From assembly GCA_016939335.1 (NCBI GenBank), contig JAFGHC010000002.1, positions 2,147 to 66,146 of the forward strand: a stretch of DNA of 64,000 bases, in the 5' to 3' direction. This DNA is from Candidatus Saganbacteria bacterium (lineage in GTDB: Bacteria; Margulisbacteria; WOR-1; O2-12-FULL-45-9; XYB2-FULL-48-7). The position numbers and the translations under genes were made by a program. This document shows positions 51,711 through 61,032 of the stretch, one piece after another (the stretch's first letter is position 1; the number at the start of each line of letters is the position of its first letter). Below the pieces are notes generated by a model, which did no database searches, was not told where the DNA came from, and saw only the letters and a list, made by a program, of their open reading frames with translations.

Positions 51711-53333
51711 TTGTTGACCGCGTTGCGGGTTAGTCCTATAATAGCAGCCATGAAAATTTTGAGAATTTCTGATTTTCAAAAAGGCCTTTTGATCGTTTTA
51801 ATCGCTTTTTTCTGCCTTGGCGGCCTGCTCTTCACGACCCGTTTGCTAATGGCCGACGCTTTTTCCAAAGAAGAAGCCCAGCACGCTCTCTACAGCCTCT
51901 GGCTTTATAAGGACATCCGGGCTTTCGACTGGGGCGGCTTCTGGTACGACACCAACCGGCAGGTCGTTTGGCCGTTCTTCCATTCCTGGCTCGGCGCGCT
52001 CTTTTTTCTCATCTTCGGCGTCGGTTATCTGCCGGCCCGGCTTTTGAGCTTCCTGCTCTTTTTTGCCACGCTGCTGCTGATGTACGCGGCGTGCTGCCGG
52101 TTCTCCGAGAAACTGGGGTGGAAGATCGGCGCGCTGGCGGCGCTGCTGGCGCTGACCTCGCCGCTCATGCTCCGCTTTGCCGTGATGAACACGCTGGAAT
52201 CGCTCGGCGCCTTTCTGTTCATGGCGACCTTTTACGTTTATTCGATCTACGAGGAGCGGCTGCTGACCTATGAGTACGCACTGCTGGCGGCGCTGCTCGG
52301 CCTGGCGATTTTCACCAATTATCTCTACGCCTTCCTGATGCTGCCGGCCTTCATTGTGATGACGCTGGGCAAGCTCGGGCCGATCGTTTGCGAAGTGATC
52401 GTCCTGCGGCGCAAAGGCGAAAGCCATGCGTTCCCTTTCGTCTGGTGGGCCTACCGCAAGCTGATCGTCCTGCTGGTCCTGGCGCTCTTCGTCGCCGGCT
52501 GGTTCTTCACCAGCGCTTTTTCCCGCAAGCTGCTCCTGCTGCTCCAGTCGATCTTCCGTTATTCAGGGGGCGAACCGGTCGCTAATATCTGGCAAAGTTT
52601 GGCCTATTATCCCCAGGCGATCATTAATCATTTCACTTTTTCCCCCTGGCTGGGCGCGCTGATCTTGCTCTCGCTTTTCCTGCCGTTCCTCGGCCTGCAC
52701 TTCCATCACATCGGCAAGCTTTATACTTTTATCTGGACGGTGCTGGTTTTGGCGACCCTCGTACTGCCGGCCAAGGCGCCGCAGGTCATTTACATTATTG
52801 CGCCGTTCACGTTCATCGTTTTTGCGGCCACGGTCTTTTACGCGCTCGAAGAGCATTACCAGCGTTTGAGCGCCGCTTTCCTGCTGGCCGTTTTTTTGCC
52901 GGCGCTCATTTCCTTGCCTACCCTGGCCGGCCAGTTCCTGCCGGCGCGGCCGGGGGAAAAGATGAGCTCGGTGCTTGATTATTTCCGGCGGGAGGTGCGG
53001 CCGCGCTTTCCGGTGGCCGCGCAGTTCAACCTGCAGCACCTTAACCCCGAAGGGGTCAGTTTCCATTTCTGGGCCTGGAACGCCCCGGTCCTCTCCGATC
53101 CCGCCCTGGGTGAAGAGGGGATGTTCCGCGGCGCCCGCTATTTCCTGGCGGTCAAACTCGATGAGAACAGCCCCTACCGCGCCGAGCTGCTCGACGATTC
53201 GGCGAGCACCTGGAACAGTTTCCTGGCCGAAAAGCTCCGCCAGGGCTGGTTGCGCGAATATTCGGCACGGCGTTTTGAACCGCTCGGCCTGACCGCGATG
53301 ATCTACGAAAAGCAGGAAACGGCCGCCAGATAA
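51711..53333 (+). CDS. Polytopic membrane glycosyltransferase, GT-C fold (family 39/83, ArnT/PMT-like)
   Basis: ~12 TM helices. The first periplasmic loop (FSKEEAQHALYS) resembles the ArnT/PMT DE/EE motif. Start uncertain (possibly MKILRISDF). Confidence 0.55.
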   Translation: MLTALRVSPIIAAMKILRISDFQKGLLIVLIAFFCLGGLLFTTRLLMADAFSKEEAQHALYSLWLYKDIRAFDWGGFWYDTNRQVVWPFFHSWLGALFFLIFGVGYLPARLLSFLLFFATLLLMYAACCRFSEKLGWKIGALAALLALTSPLMLRFAVMNTLESLGAFLFMATFYVYSIYEERLLTYEYALLAALLGLAIFTNYLYAFLMLPAFIVMTLGKLGPIVCEVIVLRRKGESHAFPFVWWAYRKLIVLLVLALFVAGWFFTSAFSRKLLLLLQSIFRYSGGEPVANIWQSLAYYPQAIINHFTFSPWLGALILLSLFLPFLGLHFHHIGKLYTFIWTVLVLATLVLPAKAPQVIYIIAPFTFIVFAATVFYALEEHYQRLSAAFLLAVFLPALISLPTLAGQFLPARPGEKMSSVLDYFRREVRPRFPVAAQFNLQHLNPEGVSFHFWAWNAPVLSDPALGEEGMFRGARYFLAVKLDENSPYRAELLDDSASTWNSFLAEKLRQGWLREYSARRFEPLGLTAMIYEKQETAAR

Positions 53334-53452
53334 TCCCGCCCCAAATTTTTTATTTTAATTGAAATTTTTATTTTAACTTGCCGACAACTAATTGATTGAG
53401 ACAGTTGCTATCCGCTGGCGGATTAAGGCAAGATCGGTCGTAAAGGGGAAGA

Positions 53453-54760
53453 ATGAACACACGAACAGTAGGGACGATAGCTCGATTGAAAGCAGCCTGT
53501 CGAGGTCTAGCGGAACGACAAATCGCTACTAAATTAGGTATCAGGACTCTTCGTTACGGGGAGGCGCCGGGAGTCTTTCGCAAAGTGCCTGTCATGCTGA
53601 GGCAAGCCGCCCCTCTTTTGGCCACGGGGCACTACACTAGGGAAATGGCTGGAATTGACGGTGCCAGAGCTCTCCTGGGCGGGAGAAAGGTCGTTTCTTT
53701 TAGCCGTTGCGACTACCTTAATTTAAGCAGACATCCCAGAGTGATTGCCGCCGCCGAACAAGCGATTGAACGATATGGGACCAGCGTTTCCAGCTCACGA
53801 CTGGCTGCCGGAACAACTGAGCTTCATCTTGAGTTAGAGCGGCGGATGGCCGAATTTATAGGAGGAGAAGATTGCCTGGTCTTTACCATGGGATCGTTGG
53901 CCAATTTGGGAGCGATCCCGGCCCTGGTCCAAAAAAGAGAATTCTTATTAGTCGATGAAAAATCGCACGCCAGTATTGTGGACGCCTGCACTTTAGCTAA
54001 GAACCACGGGGCGAAAATCCTAATCTATCGTCACAATGATATAGGAGATTTAACCGAGAAGTTAACCAGTTGCGGCAAGAGCAGCGGTAAATTGATTGTC
54101 ACGGACGGAGTCTTTAGTATGGGGGGAGATCTCGCTCCGCTAGATAAGCTTTATGATCTGGCAAAAATCCACCAGGCTGCTCTCTATGTTGATGATGCTC
54201 ATGGCACGTGGGTGATAGGGAACAATGGCAGAGGGACAGCCGAACTGTTTAATCTTGATCAGGGCCAAATAGATTTAACTATGGTGACCCTTAGCAAGGC
54301 GATCCCCGCGATTGGGGGTTGCATTATCGGCAAAAAAGAAGTCATTGACTATCTTAAGCTTAACAGCCGCTCGTTCATTTTTAATCTCAGTTTGCCTCCC
54401 GTGATGGTCGCAATCGCCTTGGCGGCACTCGACGTGATAAAGGAAGAGCAGAATTTAAGGCAAACCCTTAATGCTAATGCCGACTTTATGAAAAAAGAAT
54501 TTAGAAGGATGGGTTTCGATATAGGACAAGCGGCTGCGGCCATTGTTCCGGTTTTCATTAGAAACGATCAAAAAACAATTCAATTGGCCGACAGGTTAGG
54601 ACAAGCCGGCTTCCTGGCCGATCCCATGATCTATCCGGCGGTCGGCAAGCAGGAATCTTTAATTAGACTGGTGATTACGGCGGCCCATTCTCCGGACGAT
54701 TTGGCCAGGGCCGTCGGCGTTTTTCAAAAAGCCGGCAAAGAACTTGGGATTATTACCTGA
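53453..54760 (+). CDS. Alpha-oxoamine synthase family PLP enzyme (8-amino-7-oxononanoate synthase / serine palmitoyltransferase-like)
   Basis: VVSFSRCDYLNLSRHPRVIAAAEQAIERYGTSVSSSRLAAGT...DDAHGTWVIG...TLSKAIPAIGGCI (PLP-Lys in SKA). N-terminal ~60 aa extension. GC lower than neighbours. Confidence 0.75.
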   Translation: MNTRTVGTIARLKAACRGLAERQIATKLGIRTLRYGEAPGVFRKVPVMLRQAAPLLATGHYTREMAGIDGARALLGGRKVVSFSRCDYLNLSRHPRVIAAAEQAIERYGTSVSSSRLAAGTTELHLELERRMAEFIGGEDCLVFTMGSLANLGAIPALVQKREFLLVDEKSHASIVDACTLAKNHGAKILIYRHNDIGDLTEKLTSCGKSSGKLIVTDGVFSMGGDLAPLDKLYDLAKIHQAALYVDDAHGTWVIGNNGRGTAELFNLDQGQIDLTMVTLSKAIPAIGGCIIGKKEVIDYLKLNSRSFIFNLSLPPVMVAIALAALDVIKEEQNLRQTLNANADFMKKEFRRMGFDIGQAAAAIVPVFIRNDQKTIQLADRLGQAGFLADPMIYPAVGKQESLIRLVITAAHSPDDLARAVGVFQKAGKELGIIT

Positions 54761-54830
54761 AGCCCGGCAATCTCCTCGACGCGTAATTGATATTCGGCGG
54801 CGTAGTGAGCTATAATACCCGCACTCTGAC

Positions 54831-56864
54831 ATGGGATGGATTATATTACTTGCCGGCTTTATTAACTTAATCTTTGCGGGCCTGATCATCAAAAGGGCGG
54901 CGCCGTCCCATTTTAAGGTTTATTTTTTGGCTTTTATTTTTATCGCTACCGGCTGGATCTTCAGTAATTTTGCGCTGATTATCTTCATGTCTTTTTTCTG
55001 GCTAAGGGCCACTCATGCGCTGGGGGCACTGGCTATTGCTGCTGCCTTGGTCTGGGTCATCAGCTTCGCGAACGAACAAAAACCGCTCCCGCTGCTATTG
55101 TCTGGCGCTTGTTACGCCGGGGGACTTGCTTTCTTTTTCTTATGCTATGTTAATGATTTATTTTTAAAAGGCACGACTATGCAGGCGGGAGTTGTCCGTG
55201 GGAATTATGGCCCGTTTTTTTTGTTATATTCCGTCTTTATGATTGGCGTGATGTTATTCTTATTGGCTAGAACGCTTCAGTGCGCCCTGACTTTTAAGGG
55301 GGTTAAAAAGGCCCAAGCCCGCTATATCTTTTTGGGCATGTCCGGATATGTCTTAGTTATTACTTTTGTCAGCTTGATCCTGCCCATGTTCGGCTACACG
55401 CAATTTGGTTTTCTTGATTCACCCGGCTCTCTGATTTTTATCGGCTTTACGACCTACGCCATCACCAAGCACCGGCTGATGGACATGTCGGTGGTGATCA
55501 GCCGCTCAGTGGCCGAGTTCCTGGCGGTTTTCTTTCACGCCGTGATCTATCTTAGCCTGGTCATCGCTTACCGCGCTTATGTTTCGACCAGGATCGAGCT
55601 GGCCTTTTTGCTGCTGACAATGCTCTACGGGATTTTTGTCGGCCAGACGCATCACCGCCTGCGGCTCTTCTTTCAGACGACGGCCGATAAGCTGTTCCTG
55701 CGCGGTGAATACAATTATTACAAGGCGCTGTCCGATGCCAGCTCGCGGGTCGGCAGCAAGCTCTCCCTGCCGGACATCCTCAAGGTGCTCTACGATACTT
55801 TTTATGACGTGATCGAGGTCGCCGAGCCGCGCGTTTTCCTGCCGGAATTCTTCACGGTGGCCGACCGGACGTCGGCCGATTACGTGGTTTACGACCCGGT
55901 GACCTACCAGCCGCAGGCCGAGAGCCAGCGGGTCAAGTCGGGCAGCGTCCTGACGGAAGTGCTGGTGCAGCAGCGTGAACCACTTACCGACGTCAAGGCG
56001 CTCAAGGCCGCGCTGGTCATCCCCTGCCTGCTCGAGGACCGGCTGATCGCTTTTTTCGCCCTCGGCCTCAAGCTGGCCGAGACCGCCTATACCGAAGAAG
56101 ACAGGCGCCTGCTCAAAGTGCTGGCCAATCAGGTGGCGATCACGCTCGATCATTCGCGCTCGTACGGCAAGATCAAGGCCGACCTTGAGGCGGCCGAGCG
56201 GCAGCTGGAACGTTCGCAGCGCCTGGCCTCGCTCGGCACGCTGACCGCCGGGGTGACGCACGAGATCCGCAATCCCCTGACGGTGATCCGGGCGGAAACG
56301 GAACGGCTGGGCAAGCAGCCGCGCGACGCTGAATACCTCAAACGGTACAGCGAACTGATGCTCAAGCACGTTGACCGGATCGCCGGCATCGTCCAGCGGA
56401 TGCTCGGCCTGGCCAAAGAGAAAAAACGCCGGGAGGCCGACGTTGACCTGAACGAGGTGATCCGCGCTTCGCTCGGCTGCTTTTTTGTCAGCAATGTCAA
56501 AGTGAGCGCCGACTTGGGCAGGATCCCGGCGCTGAAGGGCGACCCGGACGAATTGCAGGAGGTTTTTGTCAACCTGATCCAGAACGCTTTTGATTCGATG
56601 CCCGGCGGCGGCGAGCTGAAGTTGCGCAGCTATCAGGATGACGGCCATATCATGATCGAAGTTTCAGATACCGGGAAAGGAGTTGCGGAAGAGAACCGCG
56701 AAAAGATCTTCGATCCTTTTTATTCCACGCGGCATGAGGGGGTGGGACTGGGCCTGTCAATTGCTTACCGCATCGTCCGCGAGCACGGCGGTGATATCAA
56801 AGTTGAGAGCGCAGTCGGCCACGGGGCGACCTTCAAACTGATCTTCACCCCCACACCAACTTAG
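54831..56864 (+). CDS. Sensor histidine kinase with N-terminal multi-TM sensor domain
   Basis: ~7 TM helices, then a GAF/PAS-like linker, HisKA LGTLTAGVTHEIRNPL, and HATPase_c (N-box NLIQNAFDS, G-boxes DTGKGV...GVGLGLSIA). Confidence 0.85.
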   Translation: MGWIILLAGFINLIFAGLIIKRAAPSHFKVYFLAFIFIATGWIFSNFALIIFMSFFWLRATHALGALAIAAALVWVISFANEQKPLPLLLSGACYAGGLAFFFLCYVNDLFLKGTTMQAGVVRGNYGPFFLLYSVFMIGVMLFLLARTLQCALTFKGVKKAQARYIFLGMSGYVLVITFVSLILPMFGYTQFGFLDSPGSLIFIGFTTYAITKHRLMDMSVVISRSVAEFLAVFFHAVIYLSLVIAYRAYVSTRIELAFLLLTMLYGIFVGQTHHRLRLFFQTTADKLFLRGEYNYYKALSDASSRVGSKLSLPDILKVLYDTFYDVIEVAEPRVFLPEFFTVADRTSADYVVYDPVTYQPQAESQRVKSGSVLTEVLVQQREPLTDVKALKAALVIPCLLEDRLIAFFALGLKLAETAYTEEDRRLLKVLANQVAITLDHSRSYGKIKADLEAAERQLERSQRLASLGTLTAGVTHEIRNPLTVIRAETERLGKQPRDAEYLKRYSELMLKHVDRIAGIVQRMLGLAKEKKRREADVDLNEVIRASLGCFFVSNVKVSADLGRIPALKGDPDELQEVFVNLIQNAFDSMPGGGELKLRSYQDDGHIMIEVSDTGKGVAEENREKIFDPFYSTRHEGVGLGLSIAYRIVREHGGDIKVESAVGHGATFKLIFTPTPT

Positions 56865-56901
56865 GCAAAGTCGTACGATTAACAAAAGTTGGTGTGGGGG
56901 C

Positions 56902-57372
56902 TTACTGCTTTTTTCTGAACTCTTCCTGTTTCTCGATGTGCTTCTCGAACGTGTCGAGCACCATCCGGGCCTCCCGGCCCTCGAAAAAGTTCTTGGCGGT
57001 GGCCAGCAGGTCTTCGCTCTTGAAGGGCTTTTTAATGTAATTGATCACGAAGCCGGAGGTGGCTTTGTCCCACTTTTCTTCGTCTTCCCAGGCGGTCAGC
57101 ATGGCGACGCCAATGTCTTCGCCGTAGTTCTTGCGGATGTTGTCCAGGAGCTGCAGGCCGTCCATGCCGGGCATCTTGATGTCGAGAAAAATCAGCTTGA
57201 TCTTGTTGCCGCCGAGCCCGAGGAAGGTCTTATGCTTGCCGAGCTGGTCGAGCGCCTCTTTGGCGGAATAGACCGTGATCACCTCGTAAAGGTTGGCGTC
57301 CTTGAGCGTGTTGGCGATGGCGTTGGCCACGTCGATTTCGTCGTCCACTACCATAATTATCGGTTTTGACAT
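56902..57372 (-). CDS. Stand-alone response-regulator receiver protein (CheY-like) with short C-terminal extension
   Basis: IMVVDDEIDVAN..., phospho-acceptor Asp in IFLDIKMPGMDG, conserved T/K. No DNA-binding domain. Convergent with the kinase. Confidence 0.85.
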   Translation of the reverse strand: MSKPIIMVVDDEIDVANAIANTLKDANLYEVITVYSAKEALDQLGKHKTFLGLGGNKIKLIFLDIKMPGMDGLQLLDNIRKNYGEDIGVAMLTAWEDEEKWDKATSGFVINYIKKPFKSEDLLATAKNFFEGREARMVLDTFEKHIEKQEEFRKKQ

Positions 57373-57472
57373 AAGCTTACCTCCTGACGGCCATTATTTT
57401 CGCATGTAAACAGGAGAAAAGCAACTCCGATTGAAGCAAATTTCTGACAACGGCTTTAAAATATGGTAAAAT

Positions 57473-58561
57473 GTGCTTTACCTTATGAAAAGAGCCCTGA
57501 TTTTCCTCCCTTTGTTCATCCTGTTTTTCTCCGCCCTGTCTTTTGCGCCGCAAGGCGCAGTCAAAGAATCGGCCAAGACCAAGCGCACCTCGGAGCGGGG
57601 GATCTATGTGACCGCCTACACGGCGCAACTGCCGCAGCGTTTCAACCAGTTGAAAGAAGAATGCAAAACGGCCGACCTGAACACTCTGGTCATTGACGCG
57701 AAGGAGATCATTGCCCGGCCTTACCTCGAGTTGGCCCGTGCGCACAGGTTGACGCCCGAAACCAAGGCGGCGCCCGATCCCTGGCTGTCAAAATTGGCGG
57801 CCGAACTGCACCGGGACAATTTTATTTTGACAGCGCGCATCGTTGTTTTTAAGGACGACCATCTGGTCCTGGCCCGCCCCGACCTCGGCGTCCGCCTGCC
57901 CGGCGGCGGCCTTTACCGCGACCGGCGCGGCGGCAAATGGCTCGATCCCTACGCCGACGAGGCGCGGCTTTACAACGCGCTGATCGCCGAGACGGCGGCC
58001 CTTTCGGGGGTTGACGAGGTGCAGTTCGACTACATCCGTTTCCCGGCCGAAGGCGAGTCGCTCAACGCTTACTATCCGCACCGGCAGGAGGGGGCGTCCA
58101 AAGTCGACATCATTTGCGATTTTTTGCGCGATGTGCGCGCCCGGCTGGGACCTTATAACACTTCGCTGGCGGTCGATATCTTCGGCGTGACCGCCTGGCA
58201 GAGCCGGGTCGACATCGACAATCTCGGGCAGGACCTGCGGCGCATGGCCAAATATCTCGACGTGATCTCGCCGATGCTTTATCCTTCGCACTTCCATCCC
58301 GGCTACGACGGCTTCGCCAATCCCGGCGCCGAGCCTTATTATTTCATCCACACCGGCCTGGCCCAGGCCAAGCGGCTGCTCTCCGGCGAGGCGACCGAAC
58401 TGGTCCCCTGGCTGCAGGGCTTTGATATGAGCTCGCCCAATTTCGGGAAGAATTACATCCTGGAGCAGGTCAGGGCCTGCCGCGAAGAGAAGGTCAAGGG
58501 CTTCCTGATCTGGAACGCCGGCAACAATTATTCGGTCAGTTTTGCCGCGCTGAAAAAATAA
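57473..58561 (+). CDS. Putative glycoside-hydrolase-like protein (DUF4015/GHL10-type), secreted
   Basis: Signal peptide. RGIYVTAYTA and LNTLVIDAKE beta/alpha-barrel-like motifs typical of the DUF4015 family (from memory). Confidence 0.45.
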   Translation: MLYLMKRALIFLPLFILFFSALSFAPQGAVKESAKTKRTSERGIYVTAYTAQLPQRFNQLKEECKTADLNTLVIDAKEIIARPYLELARAHRLTPETKAAPDPWLSKLAAELHRDNFILTARIVVFKDDHLVLARPDLGVRLPGGGLYRDRRGGKWLDPYADEARLYNALIAETAALSGVDEVQFDYIRFPAEGESLNAYYPHRQEGASKVDIICDFLRDVRARLGPYNTSLAVDIFGVTAWQSRVDIDNLGQDLRRMAKYLDVISPMLYPSHFHPGYDGFANPGAEPYYFIHTGLAQAKRLLSGEATELVPWLQGFDMSSPNFGKNYILEQVRACREEKVKGFLIWNAGNNYSVSFAALKK

Positions 58562-58666
58562 ACCGCTTCTCATGCCCCGATCCTATGGTACAATACGCCC
58601 GGGCGTCCCTTGCTTTCTGCAGTCGGGCCATAGGCCTAAAAACTCGGAAAGAGGAGGTGAAGCTGA

Positions 58667-58867
58667 ATGCCAAAAATGAAAGCACTGGACTGGACCGCGC
58701 TGGTTCTGGTTATCATTGGCGCTTTGAACTGGGGCCTCGTCGGCGTGGCGAATTTTGATCTGGTCGCGGCGCTGCTGGTCCCGATGAGCCTCCTCTCCCG
58801 GCTGGTCTATGACCTGGTCGGATTATCGGCGCTCTACCTGATCGTTAAGCTCTTGATGAAAAAGTAA
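58667..58867 (+). CDS. DUF378 small membrane protein (YuzA-like)
   Basis: LDWTALVLVIIGALNWGLVGVANFDLVAALL is the DUF378 signature. 66 aa, two TM helices. RBS GAGGAGG. Confidence 0.7.
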   Translation: MPKMKALDWTALVLVIIGALNWGLVGVANFDLVAALLVPMSLLSRLVYDLVGLSALYLIVKLLMKK

Positions 58868-58877
58868 GACTGAAACG

Positions 58878-58916
58878 GCACGGTTGGCTCCTGCCCGCCG
58901 TGCCGTTGATTTTAGG
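58878..58916 (+). terminator. Rho-independent terminator after the DUF378 gene
   Basis: aaaCGGCACGGttggctcctgcccgCCGTGCCGttgatttt. Confidence 0.5.
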
Positions 58917-59019
58917 GACGCAAGAACCTTGGTCGGGGGCGGGGCGGGGCGGTCGTTCTGCTCAATCCCATCTTTTTTTCGCGGCTCACGGGCTTATCTT
59001 CGGCGCCGTCGGCTGGGGA

Positions 59020-59048
59020 TTGGCAAGCCGCGGGTAAAGCAGTATAAT
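59020..59048 (+). promoter_or_regulatory. Sigma70-like promoter TTGGCA-17-TATAAT for the SLH-barrel gene
   Basis: gaTTGGCAagccgcgggtaaagcagTATAATtgg, ~25 bp upstream of the ATG at 59074. Confidence 0.45.
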
Positions 59049-59073
59049 TGGCTCGCGTTCTTTTACATTATTA

Positions 59074-60918
59074 ATGAGAAGAAAAACTATAGTAGTCGTT
59101 TCTCTGTTGCTTTCGGTCTTGGCTGCCCTTTCTTTTGCCCAGGACCGCACAGCGACCGATCCTTTGCGTATCGGCGTGGGGGCCAGGATCCTCGGCTTGG
59201 GGAGAGCTTATCTGGGGATCTCGGACGATCTGAATGGCATGTTCATTAACCCGGCGGCGCTGGCTTCCCTGTCCAGATGGGAAGTGACCAGCATGACCGG
59301 CAAGTTCATCAATGAATTTGATTACCTCAATGTCGGCACGGCTTTCCCCACGCCGCTCGGCGCTTTCGGCGCCGGTTATGTCGACGGCAGCATCGCCTTC
59401 GACGACAGCAGCGGCTCCCACTACAGCTTTGACAACCGGGTCTATCTGCTCTCGTGGGCCGGCCGGCCGCGGCAGAGCAACTGGCTGGGCAATTTTTCGT
59501 TCGGTGCGAGCTTTAAGTATTTTTCCGTCGACCTGGTCGCGCCGAACTTGACCAACGCCAATGCCAGGGGGAAACAGCTTGACATCGGCCTTAACTTTCA
59601 GCCAAATTCGATCTTGAAATTCGGCCTGGTCGCGCAGAACATAATTGACGCTTCGGCCGGCGGCGTGCTGAAATGGGACAACGGCACCGAAGAACGCCTG
59701 GAAGAGACCCTCAAGCTTGGCGTCGGCATCAAGCTGTTGGGGGCGAAAGGCTGGCGCCAGGCGGGGGAGAACGAACTGACGCTGGCGATCGATCACGATT
59801 CTTTCCCCCAGCAGGGCAATTTGCCGAACCTCTGGCATATCGGTCTGGAATGGTCGCCGGTGCCGCCGATCGACCTGCGCTGCGGGCTTGATCAAGACAT
59901 GGCCGCCGCCGGCAGCGCCGGGCAGTTTTCCGTCGCCAATAATTTTACCGCCGGCGTCGGCCTCTATCTCGGCGGCTTGCGCTTTGACTATGCCTATCAC
60001 CAGTACAGTAATTTTTTTGACGCCGATACCCAGTATTTTTCGATCGGTTTCGGCCTGGACAAGGAAAAGAAAAAGCCGCTCGTGCCGCCGCCCTCTTTTG
60101 CGATCAAGCCGGATGACTTGGCCGTCCTGTTTACCTCCGAGGTCACTTTCACGGGCAAAGTACTGGAGCCGCGCATCAAGCGTGTCGCCCTCAAGGGGCA
60201 GGAGCTGAAGCTGGCGCCGGACAACACTTTCCGCGCGACGTTCCCGCTGCTGCCGCTCAAGAACATCTTTGTCCTCCAGGGGTATGACCGGGGTTACGGC
60301 CTGATCGACAGCAAGCGGATCAGACTGCTCAACCTGCGGCCGGTGCGCGACGTGCCGCCCGATTACTGGGCCGGTCCGGCGATCTCGATCCTGCTGACGG
60401 AAAAGCTGCTGTTCGGCTATCCGCGGGAATTCTTCCATCCCGAACGGAAGATCACGCGGGCGGAAATGTGCGCGCTGCTGATGAAGCCGTATTTTCTGGC
60501 GGCCGGCGCTTCGGCCGAGGTCGCCCCGCCGGCGTTCGCCGACGTCCTTCCCGACTACTGGGCCGCCCCTTACATCGTCAGGGCGCAAATGCTCGGCTAC
60601 CTGAAAGGCTATCCTGACGGCACTTTCCGCCCCGACAGCACGATCACGCGGGCGGAAGGGGTGGCGCTGATCGCCAGGCTTATCAATCTGCCGCTGACTG
60701 CGGAAGGCACGGCGGGCTACCGGGACATCCCGGCCCGTCACTACGCGGAAGCGTCGATTGCGCAGGCCAGGGCCAACCGGCTGCTTGATTTTATCGTTAA
60801 CGAATATTTTGAGCCGGCCAAAGATCTGAAGCGGAGCGAGGCGGCATACATTTTATTCAAGGCGAAACTGGCCGAAGGGGCGCTGAAGATCAAGGATGAC
60901 ATCAAAGAGTTCTTTTAA
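59074..60918 (+). CDS. Outer-membrane FadL-like beta-barrel fused to three C-terminal SLH (S-layer homology) domains
   Basis: Signal peptide, then hatch-like LRIGVGARILGLGRAYLGISDDLNGMFINPAAL and a beta-rich ~330 aa body ending in an aromatic-rich strand. A Lys/Pro linker follows, then three SLH repeats (DVPPDYWAGPAISILLTEKLLFGYP...FHPERKITRAEMCALL; FADVLPDYWAAPYIVRAQMLGYLKGYPDGTFRPDSTITRAEGVALIARL; YRDIPARHYAEASIAQARANRLLD...KRSEAAYILFKA). Confidence 0.65.
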   Translation: MRRKTIVVVSLLLSVLAALSFAQDRTATDPLRIGVGARILGLGRAYLGISDDLNGMFINPAALASLSRWEVTSMTGKFINEFDYLNVGTAFPTPLGAFGAGYVDGSIAFDDSSGSHYSFDNRVYLLSWAGRPRQSNWLGNFSFGASFKYFSVDLVAPNLTNANARGKQLDIGLNFQPNSILKFGLVAQNIIDASAGGVLKWDNGTEERLEETLKLGVGIKLLGAKGWRQAGENELTLAIDHDSFPQQGNLPNLWHIGLEWSPVPPIDLRCGLDQDMAAAGSAGQFSVANNFTAGVGLYLGGLRFDYAYHQYSNFFDADTQYFSIGFGLDKEKKKPLVPPPSFAIKPDDLAVLFTSEVTFTGKVLEPRIKRVALKGQELKLAPDNTFRATFPLLPLKNIFVLQGYDRGYGLIDSKRIRLLNLRPVRDVPPDYWAGPAISILLTEKLLFGYPREFFHPERKITRAEMCALLMKPYFLAAGASAEVAPPAFADVLPDYWAAPYIVRAQMLGYLKGYPDGTFRPDSTITRAEGVALIARLINLPLTAEGTAGYRDIPARHYAEASIAQARANRLLDFIVNEYFEPAKDLKRSEAAYILFKAKLAEGALKIKDDIKEFF

Positions 60919-61032
60919 GAAAATTTTGGCCGGCTAATTTTCTGAAAGACCAATAGCGCCCCAGCCAGAAGTGTGATAGGATGATTGCGCCTTTGATTCC
61001 GGAAACGCCCGGAGATTATTGAGGAGGCAGTT

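Noticed and set aside
60919-61032. GAAAATTttggccggctAATTTTC inverted repeat after the SLH-barrel gene, considered as a terminator
   Set aside because: The stem is almost entirely A-T with no downstream U-tract, so it is too weak to call. It may be just an AT palindrome in the spacer.
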